Shown here piece by piece: positions 8,511-19,170 of a stretch of 64,000 bases of DNA. Origin of the DNA: Candidatus Adlerbacteria bacterium (GTDB taxonomy: Bacteria; Patescibacteriota; Minisyncoccia; Phycocordibacterales; SBAW01). Under the pieces are notes generated by a model. That model did not search any database. It had not been told where the DNA came from and saw nothing but the letters and a program-made list of their open reading frames with translations. Made by a program: the position numbers and the translations under genes. Location of the stretch: the NCBI GenBank assembly GCA_026397405.1, contig JAPLUW010000001.1:107138-171137 (forward strand). The letters run 5' to 3'. Each line of letters opens with the position of its first letter. Positions within the stretch are counted from its first letter, which is position 1.

Positions 8511-10988
8511 TTACTTTTTCTCGGCTGTCAGCTTCTGATGCTCCTCAGTATTTTTAAGGCCGCAGTTTTTATATTTTTTACCGGAACCACATGGGCACAT
8601 ATCATTGCGGCCAACTTCGTCAGCGACGCCGTCAGGCAATGCAGAAAGTGTAACAACCGGTGTCGGTAGTGGCGTTGGCTGCACTGCATTTTTTACCAAA
8701 CCGTCCAAAATTTCAAATACACGGGCGGCGAGCATATATTCCAGTTCTTTGTACATACGCGTACCTTCCTTACGGTACTCTGTTAGCGGGTCACGCTGGC
8801 CGTAGGCGCGCAAGTTAACGCTGCCCCGCAAGTACTCCATCGACTCCAAATGCTCCACCCACAGCATGTCGAGTGTTTGCAGGACAACATTGCGTGCAGT
8901 ACCCAAAAACTCTTCGCGACCAAATTCAACTTCTTTTTTGGACAGTAATTGCACTGCTTCTTCACTTGTAGCAGCTAATTCTTTCAATACGTCTTCAACT
9001 TCGTCGAGTGAACCGACAAGCACTTTACGGCGGCGCTCGTACACAGCACGGCGTTGCCGGTCGAGTACGTTGTCAAATTCAAGCACATGTTTGCGTGCAT
9101 CAAAGTTAAATCCTTCTATTTTTGTCTGAGCACTTTCAAGCGCACGGGTCACCAGCGAGTTTTCAATGGGCTCATCTTCCGGTATGCCAAAACGGCCCAT
9201 CAAACCTTTTATAGAATCTGGGGCAAATACACGCATCAAAGAGTCCTCGAGCGATACAAAAAACTGCGTCTCGCCTGGGTCACCTTGGCGGCCAGAGCGC
9301 CCTCGGAGCTGGTTGTCGATACGACGAGCTTCATGCCGCTCAGTGCCGAGCACAAACAACCCACCCATATTTTTTATCTCGTCCGACTCTTCTTTAGTTG
9401 CAGAAATTCCACCTAGTTTAATGTCCACACCACGGCCAGCCATGTTAGTTGCAACAGTAACCTTACCTTTGTGCCCAGCAGAGGCGACAATTTCGCCCTC
9501 ACGTTCGTGGTTTTTTGCATTCAAGATTTCATGCGGGACGCCTTCTGTTTTTAAATATGCAGAAAGGAGTTCGTTCTTTTCAATAGAAACGGTGCCCACC
9601 AACACCGGCTGCCCCTTTGCATGCAGCTCTTTAATTTTGCGTGCGAGTGCTTTGAATTTACCTTGTTCCGTTTGGAAGATCTGGTCGTTGCGGTCGGCGC
9701 GCACAACGTCCCGGTTAGTCGGGATCTCTACTGTCTCCAACCCGTATACTTTATAAAATTCCTCAGCAGAGGTTTTTGCGGTACCTGTCATGCCGGCAAG
9801 CTTTTCATACAGGCGGAAATAGTTTTGGTACGTAATAGACGCAAACGTGCGCGACTCTTTTTGTACGGGAACATGTTCTTTTGCCTCAATTGCCTGGTGC
9901 AAGCCTTCCGACCAACGACGGCCCGGCTGCATGCGGCCTGTAAACTCGTCGACAATAATAACTTCCCCATTTTTTACCACATAGCTTTTGTCGCGCATAA
10001 ACAATGCGCGTGCGCGAACAGCAGTTTCTAAATGGTGCACATACTTGATACCTTTTTCGGTGTAGATATTTTCTATACCCAACAATTTTTCTGCATGTTC
10101 AATACCAGTATCGGTGAGTTGTATCGCTTTTTGTTTTTCGTCGACGGTGTAGTCAGTGTCAGAGTTTAACTTGGCAGCAATGTCGGCAAATTGCCGGTAC
10201 AAGTCTTCCGACTCCTGCGCAGGCGCCGAAATAATAAGTGGAGTGCGCGCTTCGTCAATTAAAATCGAGTCGATTTCGTCGACAATAGCAAAATAGTGTC
10301 CGCGCTGACGCAGCTCGTTTGAATTGTACGAAATATTATCGCGCAGATAGTCGAACCCAAATTCGCTATTAGTGCCGTATGTGATGTCTGCTTCGTATGC
10401 CTCGCGCCGTGAACACGGGCGCAAAAATTCGTACAATACACGGAAGCTTCCTTCTTCGTCACGTATCGCATCATTTTCCGAATGTGATGCATCATAGACA
10501 TACGACGCATCCCCGTTAATAACACCGAGCGACATTCCCAGTGCGGCATATACCTGCCCCATCCACACAGCATCGCGCCGTGCGAGATAGTCGTTAACAG
10601 TAATAACGTGGACTCCTTTTCCCGCAAGAGCATTTAAGTATGCAGGGAGTGTTGCGACAAGCGTCTTACCTTCACCTGTCTTCATTTCGGCAATGCCGCG
10701 GTTGTTGAGCACTATACCGCCGACCATCTGTACATCAAACGGGCGCAAATGCAGGGTACGGCGTGCACTTTCCCGCACTGCAGCAAAAGCTTCTGGCAAC
10801 AAGGCGTCAAGTGTTTCGCCCCGCTCAAGGCGTAGGCGAAATTCTACAGTCTTACCTGTAAGGGTCGTGTCTGAATAGGCCTGATATTCAGCCTCGAGAG
10901 CGCCTATGGCAGAAACTGTTTTTTGGCTCTCTGCAATGACCTTTTTACTGGAATCACCAAAGAGGCTGCTAAGCGAAAACATGTGCAC
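8511..10988 (-). CDS. secA: Preprotein translocase ATPase SecA
   Basis: 825 aa with DEAD-like motor motifs and preprotein cross-linking and scaffold domains. The C-terminal zinc-binding tail is CPCGSGKKYKNCG. Confidence 0.95.
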   Translation of the reverse strand: MHMFSLSSLFGDSSKKVIAESQKTVSAIGALEAEYQAYSDTTLTGKTVEFRLRLERGETLDALLPEAFAAVRESARRTLHLRPFDVQMVGGIVLNNRGIAEMKTGEGKTLVATLPAYLNALAGKGVHVITVNDYLARRDAVWMGQVYAALGMSLGVINGDASYVYDASHSENDAIRDEEGSFRVLYEFLRPCSRREAYEADITYGTNSEFGFDYLRDNISYNSNELRQRGHYFAIVDEIDSILIDEARTPLIISAPAQESEDLYRQFADIAAKLNSDTDYTVDEKQKAIQLTDTGIEHAEKLLGIENIYTEKGIKYVHHLETAVRARALFMRDKSYVVKNGEVIIVDEFTGRMQPGRRWSEGLHQAIEAKEHVPVQKESRTFASITYQNYFRLYEKLAGMTGTAKTSAEEFYKVYGLETVEIPTNRDVVRADRNDQIFQTEQGKFKALARKIKELHAKGQPVLVGTVSIEKNELLSAYLKTEGVPHEILNAKNHEREGEIVASAGHKGKVTVATNMAGRGVDIKLGGISATKEESDEIKNMGGLFVLGTERHEARRIDNQLRGRSGRQGDPGETQFFVSLEDSLMRVFAPDSIKGLMGRFGIPEDEPIENSLVTRALESAQTKIEGFNFDARKHVLEFDNVLDRQRRAVYERRRKVLVGSLDEVEDVLKELAATSEEAVQLLSKKEVEFGREEFLGTARNVVLQTLDMLWVEHLESMEYLRGSVNLRAYGQRDPLTEYRKEGTRMYKELEYMLAARVFEILDGLVKNAVQPTPLPTPVVTLSALPDGVADEVGRNDMCPCGSGKKYKNCGLKNTEEHQKLTAEKK

Positions 10989-11349
10989 AGAATAACATAT
11001 TGCGTATTTTTTTGCCCGAGAAACGCCATAAAGAAAAATCCTCCGCCTGAGGCGGAAGACTTTTCTTTCGAGAGGATCAACGTTTTCAATTATATATTGA
11101 AAACGGAAACGCGACTATTTGCGCTTCTTTTTTGCTGCTTTCTTTTTCTTTGCTGCCATAATTTTGGCGACTCGCGTCGCAAGTTGTCTGGACATCGACC
11201 GACCTTGTGTATGTTTGTCCGCGGACAAGGGCATATACAATCTCGATGCTCTACATACAAGTATCGAATACATACGACACAGATACAATGAAAAATATTT
11301 TTATTCTGTGGATAACTTTTTATTTTTTTAAATTTAAAAAAATAAAAAA

Positions 11350-12357
11350 TTAAATTATTTTTACTTCTGGTTCTATTTTTATTTTTAATTCATCAAAAAC
11401 TTTTTTTTGTACATCTCGCGCAAGTGTTATTACATCTACTGAAGATGTCTGTCGATCTGCTGCAATAACAAGTATTTGTTTTTCAAATAACCGCGCACCG
11501 CCCACGCGTGCACCGTGCAAGCCAAGTACGTGGTCAAGTAACCACGCAAGCGGCACTTTAACACCGTCAGTTTCGGGCATAGCAAACAGAGGCATGTCGG
11601 GGTACGCCTGCTTAAGCGCACTCGCATCAGCGACTGACATAATTGGATTTTTAAAAAACGACCCTGCAGTACCTTCGGCAGAAAGGTCCGGAAACTTCCC
11701 TTTCCGGATATCAAGTACGGCAGAACGGACAGCCTGTATGTCTATCTCTTCTACAGAAGAGTCACTAAATTTTGCTGCCAAGTCTTTGTATGAAATAGTT
11801 GCGGCCGCCGATAGCGAAAGTGTAAACGCAGCACGCAAAATAATATGCTTCTCGTTATCATGTTTAAAAAAACTGTCCCGGTAACCAAAGTGGCATTCGG
11901 AATTCGACATTTTTTTTATTTCTCCATTGTCACGGTCAAACACCTCAACCCATGAAAGTGTTTGTCCTACTGCTGCGCCGTATGCGCCAATACCCTGCAC
12001 CACCGCACCACCAACGCTCCCTGGAATACCCGAAAGGTTTTCAAGCCCCCACAGTTTTTTTTCGACTGCATATGCAACAACTTTGTCCCAACTCTCGCCC
12101 GAGCCCGCAACAAGCGTACCTCCGTCTTGCACAATTCCGTCCAGTTCAATTTTTATAACAATACCGTCGAACCCTGCATCGCCAACCAACATATTGGAGC
12201 CCCCGCCGAGTACAAGTACGGGAATATTTTTGTCACGCGCAAACGCACATGTGTCCCGCACATCATCGGCTGTTTTTGCGTGCACGAAAAATCGCGCTCT
12301 GCCCCCAATAAAAAATGTGGTGTGGGGCGCGAGCGCGATATTCTCTTCGATATGCAT
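11350..12357 (-). CDS. murB: UDP-N-acetylenolpyruvoylglucosamine reductase
   Basis: FAD-binding N-terminus (APHTTFFIGGRARFFV...VLGGGSNML) and a MurB C-terminal domain. Confidence 0.9.
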   Translation of the reverse strand: MHIEENIALAPHTTFFIGGRARFFVHAKTADDVRDTCAFARDKNIPVLVLGGGSNMLVGDAGFDGIVIKIELDGIVQDGGTLVAGSGESWDKVVAYAVEKKLWGLENLSGIPGSVGGAVVQGIGAYGAAVGQTLSWVEVFDRDNGEIKKMSNSECHFGYRDSFFKHDNEKHIILRAAFTLSLSAAATISYKDLAAKFSDSSVEEIDIQAVRSAVLDIRKGKFPDLSAEGTAGSFFKNPIMSVADASALKQAYPDMPLFAMPETDGVKVPLAWLLDHVLGLHGARVGGARLFEKQILVIAADRQTSSVDVITLARDVQKKVFDELKIKIEPEVKII

Positions 12358-12371
12358 TGCGTGTTGCCGAA

Positions 12372-14666
12372 CTACTTCGGCACTGCGAGTGTTCCGTTTT
12401 GGATTTGTGTGATAACCGACTGCACCTGGGCAGCAAGCGCCGGGTCGAGCTGTGCAGCACGGTTAAGCTCTGCAATTGCAGCCGTTTTATTACCGGAGGT
12501 AAAGTACGCTGCTGCCAAGCCTAAATGGCTTTGTGTGTTTTGTGGATTTTGTTCGATCCGCGCTTTCCATATACCAACCACGCGGTCGTACAGTTTTTTG
12601 TTGGTGTACACCTGCAACAAACGCGAGTCATCTACTAACACCGTACCGAAGGCTTCAACTAAAAGTGCGTCAGCGCTTTTCTGGTTGCCGCTGTAGGTAA
12701 GCGCCGCTGCATACAAAATGCGAGCGTCACGGTAACCTGGAGCTTCGTCAAATGCAGTCTTAAGCACGCTCTGGGCATTTTGGGTATCGTTTGCATTTAA
12801 GTACACAACCCCTTTTTCGAACATTATTTGTTGTTTGAGTGGAGAGTCGACAAGTGCACTCGTCAACGACTCTAGCGCTTCAGGATATTTTCCAAACGTG
12901 TCGAGGAATGCCCCGTAAAACAATTCGAGGCGGGCGTCATGCGGGCGCACCGCCAACATCGCTACAGTCGCGTTTTGGGTCGCCGTAAAGGTGTCTTGTT
13001 TTACTGCAGGGTCAACTGACGCGGCTGCCGCGATACCCGAAGCATACTGGAGCATTTGTTCAGTTGCTTCTTGGCGGCCAAGCGGTGTACCCGGCCATAC
13101 ACCAGCATCAAGCGCTGTCTGGAATTCTTGCAGACGTGCTTTTGGGTCTTTTTGTGCAGCACGCATACCGCCCTGACCGTCTGAGACTCCCACCTGCGGC
13201 GTCAGTGCGACAAGCAACCCTTCAGCGCGGGCAAGGCCGGGGATGTTTACTACCCATATAAGGAGAAGTGCGCCACCCATAACAAACGGGGCTGCAACAG
13301 CAATTCCCTTATCACTAAGTGGGCGCGAAAGGGCAACCGAACCCGGCAGCGCGCCTTTAGAAAGCGAGTGAAAGAACGCGAGGAACGTTACAAAGTAGAC
13401 CGAACTCACAAGGTCGTCGAACACAAAGAGGTTGTTAAACGCGTATGCAGCAAGCAAGCCTACAAGCACAGCTTGTTCGGGCACACTCAAACGAGAACGG
13501 AATATAACCAACACCGAGAGTACGAAGAAGGCTATGTAGAGCACAAATGCTGGCAGTCCGCCCGCAATAAGCCAGTCCAAAAATTGGTTGTGCGCGCGGT
13601 CGAACCACTGCTCCTGACTGTACATTTCTGGAGAATAATATTTATTGAACACGAAGTTAAAGTTTTCCTGACCCCAGCCCACAAGAGGTTTTTCCTTAAC
13701 TCCTTGGAGAGCCATGTTCCACACCTGGAAGCGCGCGGTTGTTGTCTGGTCACTAAGCGAGATAGAAGAAAAACGCGAAAGCGTCCCGCTGTTTTTTACA
13801 AACGATGTTGTGCGGAGTGCAAAAAAACCAACCACTACAACTGCTATAACCCCAATGCCAACAAGAGCAACTTTGCGGAGCGGCTGCCACTGCGCGTCCC
13901 TTCCCTTCCATACAATATATAGAGCGGCAAGTATCAGCCCACCAAGCAAGCCAAGGAGCGCACCGCGCGTTTGGGTGTAGTAAAGCGTCGTAACCTGCAG
14001 CACAAGTGCAACGCCGTAAAATATCTGCGCCCACATAGACTTCCGCTGCCTCACAAGCATAAAGAGTGTGATAAAAACACCGAAGAGCATAAACACTGCC
14101 AAATAAGTTGCGTTACCAAATGTACCGTCAACACGCGGGCCGCTCTGGCTACTTATAGGAAGTGCGCCCGCAAGCTGTAGCAGCGCATAGACTCCCATAA
14201 GTGCCGAAGACACTATCGACACTTGAAACAAGCGGTCCCACCATTCTTCTGCCGAGGCGACCGCACCCACAATGAGGAAATATACAAACAGGTGTAGCAC
14301 TGTCAGGTACCCTTCCATACGTTCGAAGTTACTCCAAAAGCTCTTGGTAGGGTCAACGCTAAGCATGGTTGCAACACCCATCCACAGAACAAACGCACCA
14401 AATACCCACAACAGAGTCGATGTGCGCGGCCGGTACTTTGGTTCACGCAGTGCAAGCACTATATAGAGGCCTGCCAACAACTCGACCAACATACGGAACA
14501 TGAAGTTCTTCCCCGTGATAAATGGGAAAAAGCTCCCCGGAAACGGGATATACATATTGAACCCGTTTTGGTAGGCACCTCCTCCGTCAGCGATAATAAA
14601 AGGAACAAAGAACACCAGGGCTAAGCCGCCAAGCAGTGCCCATTTCAAGAATTTGGTATACGACAT
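12372..14666 (-). CDS. O-antigen ligase (Wzy_C)-domain membrane protein fused to a C-terminal TPR repeat domain
   Basis: 764 aa. The N-terminal half is polytopic with an O-antigen ligase/Wzy_C-like core. The C-terminal roughly 300 aa are TPR-like repeats (ALTYSGNQKSADALL...AAAYFTSGNKTAAIAEL). Confidence 0.75.
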   Translation of the reverse strand: MSYTKFLKWALLGGLALVFFVPFIIADGGGAYQNGFNMYIPFPGSFFPFITGKNFMFRMLVELLAGLYIVLALREPKYRPRTSTLLWVFGAFVLWMGVATMLSVDPTKSFWSNFERMEGYLTVLHLFVYFLIVGAVASAEEWWDRLFQVSIVSSALMGVYALLQLAGALPISSQSGPRVDGTFGNATYLAVFMLFGVFITLFMLVRQRKSMWAQIFYGVALVLQVTTLYYTQTRGALLGLLGGLILAALYIVWKGRDAQWQPLRKVALVGIGVIAVVVVGFFALRTTSFVKNSGTLSRFSSISLSDQTTTARFQVWNMALQGVKEKPLVGWGQENFNFVFNKYYSPEMYSQEQWFDRAHNQFLDWLIAGGLPAFVLYIAFFVLSVLVIFRSRLSVPEQAVLVGLLAAYAFNNLFVFDDLVSSVYFVTFLAFFHSLSKGALPGSVALSRPLSDKGIAVAAPFVMGGALLLIWVVNIPGLARAEGLLVALTPQVGVSDGQGGMRAAQKDPKARLQEFQTALDAGVWPGTPLGRQEATEQMLQYASGIAAAASVDPAVKQDTFTATQNATVAMLAVRPHDARLELFYGAFLDTFGKYPEALESLTSALVDSPLKQQIMFEKGVVYLNANDTQNAQSVLKTAFDEAPGYRDARILYAAALTYSGNQKSADALLVEAFGTVLVDDSRLLQVYTNKKLYDRVVGIWKARIEQNPQNTQSHLGLAAAYFTSGNKTAAIAELNRAAQLDPALAAQVQSVITQIQNGTLAVPK

Positions 14667-14730
14667 ATAACGGGCATTGTAGCAGAAGTACCTTTTTACA
14701 CCAAAGAACAGTTATACTAGAGATATACCT

Positions 14731-15986
14731 ATGTTCAGTAAAGCAAAACAACGTCTATATGCCTTTTTGAGGTGGACGGAGAAATACACCAAAGCTGACA
14801 TGGTGTATGTTGCGACCAGCAATTTTTGGATAGTTGCTCCCCGCTTTTTACTTCTCTTTATAGGTATGGGGCTCACGGTCGCTTTTGCGAACCTCTTGCC
14901 GCCTGCCCTATACGGCACCTATAAGTACGTAATCGCAGCAAGCGGATTTGTTGCGGCATTTTCTCTCAACTCAATGAACCAATCCGCCATGCGCTCAGTT
15001 GCACGTGGAAACATTGGTGTGGTGCCCGGGCTTATTCGAACTTCGATGATATGGAGCCTCCTGCCAGCATCGTCACACTCGGAATTAGTGCCTACTATTT
15101 CGGACATTCAAATACAACACTCGCGTTCGGCTTTCTCTTTATTGCAATAACAAACGTACTCTCGAACGGGTACGGGCTTTCAAAAGCAATGCTGGTTGCC
15201 GTGGGAGATTTTAAGAGCAACACTTTTTTTGGATTCCCCCGCGCAGTGCTTTCCATACTTATCGTGCTCGGCACCCTGGTCCTCACAAGAAATGTCGCGT
15301 GGATACTGTTCGCCTATTTTGCAACAAACACCTTCATGGCATGGTCGCAGTATCACTATTCCATGAGAAAACTGAACGGGCATGAGTCGAAGGAAGGTCT
15401 CAAAGAGGCTATTACTTTTGGCAAACACATGAGCGTACTGGGGTTTTTTATGCTTATTTCGGGGCAAATAGATCAGCTACTACTCTTCCATTTCACTGGC
15501 GCAGCAGAACTTGCAATATATGCGCTCGCACTCGCGCCCGTACAAGAATCCCAAAATCTCTTGGTCAACTTCAGTACAATTTTGTTTCCAAAGCTCGCGC
15601 GAAAAACGAAAGAAGAGGTTCGCGCGTCAGTTCCGCTTCGTATTAAACAAATTTCGGTACTTTCTGTTTTTTGCACAATCGGCTATATCGTTTGTGTTCC
15701 TTTCTTATTCAAATATTTATTCCCGAAATATCTTGTATCTGTTGCGGTAAGCCAGATCATGGCCCTCACAATTCTATTTCAAGGCAAAGGAGTTATTGAG
15801 TATCTACTTATTGCTCACGGAGAAGTAAAGAAGCGCTATACAGCAATACTCACCAGCCAAGCAATAGAGTTTGCTCTTTTCTGTACCCTCATTCCTCTTT
15901 TTGGACTCTGGGGCGCAGTGTGGGGTACAGTATTGTCCGAAGCAGGTGCTGCACTTACCATGTATTTTATTTATAAGAGATTCTAA
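14731..15986 (+). CDS. Wzx/PST-family polysaccharide flippase, frameshifted (possible pseudogene or sequence error)
   Basis: Two overlapping ORFs: 14731-15150 (frame 1) and 15051-15986 (frame 3). Together they encode a 12-TM PST-family protein of about 417 aa. The frame switch falls near 15040-15060, where frame 3 becomes hydrophobic and helix-like and frame 1 turns to non-protein-like sequence. Confidence 0.65.
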
Positions 15987-15991
15987 TTTTT

Positions 15992-16553
15992 ATGCAGATA
16001 AAATATCTCCTAAATGCCGTTTTAATAAAATGTACAGGATATCAATTAACCCGGCCTGATCAGACCATTCATTTTGAAGGAGCAATGAAACGCAGATTTG
16101 ATAACGATTTTATTCTCGAATCAAAACCTCACGGTAAAATTCTTGACATAGGGGGCCGCTCCAGCCAGCTTCTCAAAAGAGCATTTTTCTAATGTAATAA
16201 CATTTGATCAGTTTCATGCGCCACACGTAGATGTTGTGGGAGATTTGCACAAACTTTCGTCATATTTTAAAGAAGGAGAATTTGATACTGTCATCTGTAC
16301 AGAAGTATTCGAGCACACGCAAGAGTTTTGGATTGCAATGAAAGAAATAGAAAAAGTATTACGGCCAGGTGGTCTGTTCGTAGGTACTGCGCCATTTGCA
16401 CATGAACTACATGGCGAAGAGTATGGTGATTATTGGCGCATTGCTCCTCAAGGTTGGGAATTTCTATTAAAAGACTTTGTGAACGTGGAAATTAAAACTC
16501 GAGGGGTATGGCCCCAAATAAATCATGTAGCAGCTAGAGGAATTAAAAAATAA
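15992..16553 (+). CDS. Class I SAM-dependent methyltransferase, frameshifted at a G5 homopolymer (possible pseudogene or sequence error)
   Basis: ORF 15992-16192 ends just after methyltransferase motif I (KILDIGG), at a ggggg run (16151-16155). Frame 3 is open from 16152 and continues through motifs II/III (DTVICTEVFEH...VLRPGGLFV, ORF 16236-16553). Confidence 0.65.
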
Positions 16554-16563
16554 AAACAGTTCG

Positions 16564-17322
16564 TTAGGTACTTTTTTTACTACTAAGAATTTTCTTTCCT
16601 AACTTAATAAGCGGCAGCGGTACTTTCCAAATAAGTGGTGCGATTTTACTCCACCTGCTTTCGTAATACGTATAGATCTGAGGATGCACGAGCGCAGATG
16701 CGTGTCCGTGCCCCATTTTTATTTCTTCTTCCAGTTTTGGGTACTTTGAAAGTTCTGTTTCTTTGACATAGAGTAAAATATTTTGCGCATAAAAAAAAGA
16801 AACGCGTTTGTCGTCCCACACATGGCGGCGTAGGCAGTCTACCGGTATATATCCTTTTTCCTTAAAACGAATTTCCCAATAGTCCGGCCATTGCTCGTTT
16901 ATATGGTGCACACCTCCCTGTCCCGGAATTGCTGCGGAAAAAAGCACTACCGGTGCTGCATCTGTAAGGTTTGCAACCAACGTGCGCGAAGCAGTGTCGG
17001 AAAGGTGCTCGCCCACTTCAAGCGAGACACTGAGGTCAAATTTTTTTGTCAGGCGTAGCGGCTCTTCTAAATTTACTCCTACAAAGTTTTCTTTCGGGAT
17101 GGATAGTTTCTCGCGGTCAACATAGTCGCCGTCATAACCAACGACATCCTGTACACCTTGCTCCATACAAGCTTTGAGCCAAAGACCTTGCCCACAACCA
17201 ATGTCGAGAACCGACTTCGGTTGGAGACATGTAAAAACAAGCGGCACAACAATACGGGCCGAAGAAAGATTAGCATCTTCCATGCCCTCATAAAAAGACT
17301 CCGAATAGAATGCCTCTGCCAT
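16564..17322 (-). CDS. Class I SAM-dependent methyltransferase
   Basis: Motif I VLDIGCGQGLW and a Methyltransf_23-like fold; 252 aa. Confidence 0.75.
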   Translation of the reverse strand: MAEAFYSESFYEGMEDANLSSARIVVPLVFTCLQPKSVLDIGCGQGLWLKACMEQGVQDVVGYDGDYVDREKLSIPKENFVGVNLEEPLRLTKKFDLSVSLEVGEHLSDTASRTLVANLTDAAPVVLFSAAIPGQGGVHHINEQWPDYWEIRFKEKGYIPVDCLRRHVWDDKRVSFFYAQNILLYVKETELSKYPKLEEEIKMGHGHASALVHPQIYTYYESRWSKIAPLIWKVPLPLIKLGKKILSSKKST

Positions 17323-17388
17323 GTATCATAAGTATACCTAATTCGTAACGTTTATACGAAACAGGAAGTCATATATACTGAAACCATC

Positions 17389-19170
17389 ATGTGCGGCATC
17401 ATCAGCATAATGGGTCGGGATGCCGGCAAAATCTCGCTTGATGCGGCGCTTGCCACCCTATCCTACCGTGGGCCGGACAGTAATGGCTCGATGGCATTTG
17501 ATACTGCAGCACTCGGGCATACGCGTTTGGCAATTATCGACCTCTCGCCGTCTGGGCATCAACCGATGCGCGATAATGCAAAAGACATCGCTATCACATT
17601 TAATGGCGAAATTTACAACTACAAAGAGTTGCGCGCAGAGTTAGAAAAGAAAGGTCATGTATTTTCTACACCCTCCGATACAGAAGTTATTTTAAAAGCA
17701 TACGAAGAGTATGGGAGCGAGTGTCCAAAATATTTGGACGGCATGTTTGCATTTGTTATTTGGGATGATGAAAAAAAACAGGCCTTTATGGCCCGCGACC
17801 GGTTTGGTAAAAAGCCGCTCTACTATGCCTACACCCCGGATGGGAAACTTGCTGCAGGTTCTGAAATAAAAGCACTCAAAGCGGTTGGTGTGCAGCCCGA
17901 AATCGACCCGGCAGGTATCGATGCGTATTTAACTCTTATGTACATCCCTCCGTGGCGCACGGTATATAAAAACGTGCACACTATTTTAGGCGGACACAGC
18001 GCAACATACACGCCCGGACAGCCAGGCTCAGAGGGCGTATTAAAAATAGAAAGCTACTGGAAACTTACGCGCAATCCAATTTCTGTTTCATACAACGAAG
18101 CAAAAGAAAAAGTCCGTAAGCTTTTTGATGCAGCAGTACAAAAACGTATGCTTGCCGCCGACGTTGAAGTAGGGTCATTTCTTTCCGGTGGTGTTGATTC
18201 CACACTTGTCACTGCATACGCACAAAAATATCTTGATAAACCCATTAAAACATTCTCGCTTGGATATGGTTCAGAAATTAACGAACTCCCTTTTGCAGAT
18301 GAGGCTTCCAAAAAGATCGGTACCGAGCACTATACGCTCCAAGCAACAAGCGAGCTTACTGGCGAATTAGAAAAAATACTCGAGTACTTCGACGAGCCGC
18401 ACGGAGACTCGGCTAACTTCCCGCAGCACTTAGTGTCAGAGCTCGCGTCAAAGCATGTAAAAGTCGCACTTTCGGGCGACGGCGGCGACGAATTGTTTAT
18501 GGGCTATGGATGGTACTTCCAACACTGGCATCGTCCTAAACTGATGCAGCTTAAAGCGTTTCTCTTTTCTAATCCGTATAAAGAATATTTGAAAAGTATA
18601 ACGGTCTTCCCTGCTTCCATGCGCCGCACACTGCTTAAAAATTCAAAAGACATTGGACACGAGCATATCGACCAACTTGTATCCCCTACCTCTGATGCAA
18701 TTCAAAATATTAATGCTTACGACTTGAGCACCTACTTGCCCGGGCAACTACTAACAAAAGTAGACCAAGCGAGTATGATGCACGGCCTCGAAGTTCGTTG
18801 TCCCTTGCTAGACCATGAACTTGCGGAGTTCGTGGTGAACTTACCCAAAGAATTTAAAATGAACCGCGGCACAGGCAAGCTCTTACTTAAAGATCTTCTT
18901 GCGGAAATTATGCCCCGCCCGTTTGTTGATAGAAAAAAGCAGGGCTTCGGCGCACCAGTGCGGAAATGGCTCTGCCAAGAAAAGATGCACGCATACGTTG
19001 AGAACCAATTCGCGCCGGGCGCATCTGTCTATGCCTATTTAAACGAAGACGCCGTACAGAGCTTTATAAAAAATGTATACAAAACAGAACGAGCAAAAGG
19101 CTACTACCAATTGTGGGTATTGTTGTGTTTAGAGATTTGGCTGAAGAAGCATCCTACAAAAATTTCTTGA
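17389..19170 (+). CDS. asnB: Asparagine synthase (glutamine-hydrolysing)
   Basis: N-terminal MCGI Ntn-amidotransferase domain plus the SGGVDS PP-loop motif; 593 aa. Confidence 0.9.
   Translation: MCGIISIMGRDAGKISLDAALATLSYRGPDSNGSMAFDTAALGHTRLAIIDLSPSGHQPMRDNAKDIAITFNGEIYNYKELRAELEKKGHVFSTPSDTEVILKAYEEYGSECPKYLDGMFAFVIWDDEKKQAFMARDRFGKKPLYYAYTPDGKLAAGSEIKALKAVGVQPEIDPAGIDAYLTLMYIPPWRTVYKNVHTILGGHSATYTPGQPGSEGVLKIESYWKLTRNPISVSYNEAKEKVRKLFDAAVQKRMLAADVEVGSFLSGGVDSTLVTAYAQKYLDKPIKTFSLGYGSEINELPFADEASKKIGTEHYTLQATSELTGELEKILEYFDEPHGDSANFPQHLVSELASKHVKVALSGDGGDELFMGYGWYFQHWHRPKLMQLKAFLFSNPYKEYLKSITVFPASMRRTLLKNSKDIGHEHIDQLVSPTSDAIQNINAYDLSTYLPGQLLTKVDQASMMHGLEVRCPLLDHELAEFVVNLPKEFKMNRGTGKLLLKDLLAEIMPRPFVDRKKQGFGAPVRKWLCQEKMHAYVENQFAPGASVYAYLNEDAVQSFIKNVYKTERAKGYYQLWVLLCLEIWLKKHPTKIS

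Noticed and set aside
11927-12696. Plus-strand ORFs 11927-12412 and 11962-12696
   Set aside because: They overlap murB and the O-antigen-ligase gene on the opposite strand and have no recognisable motifs.
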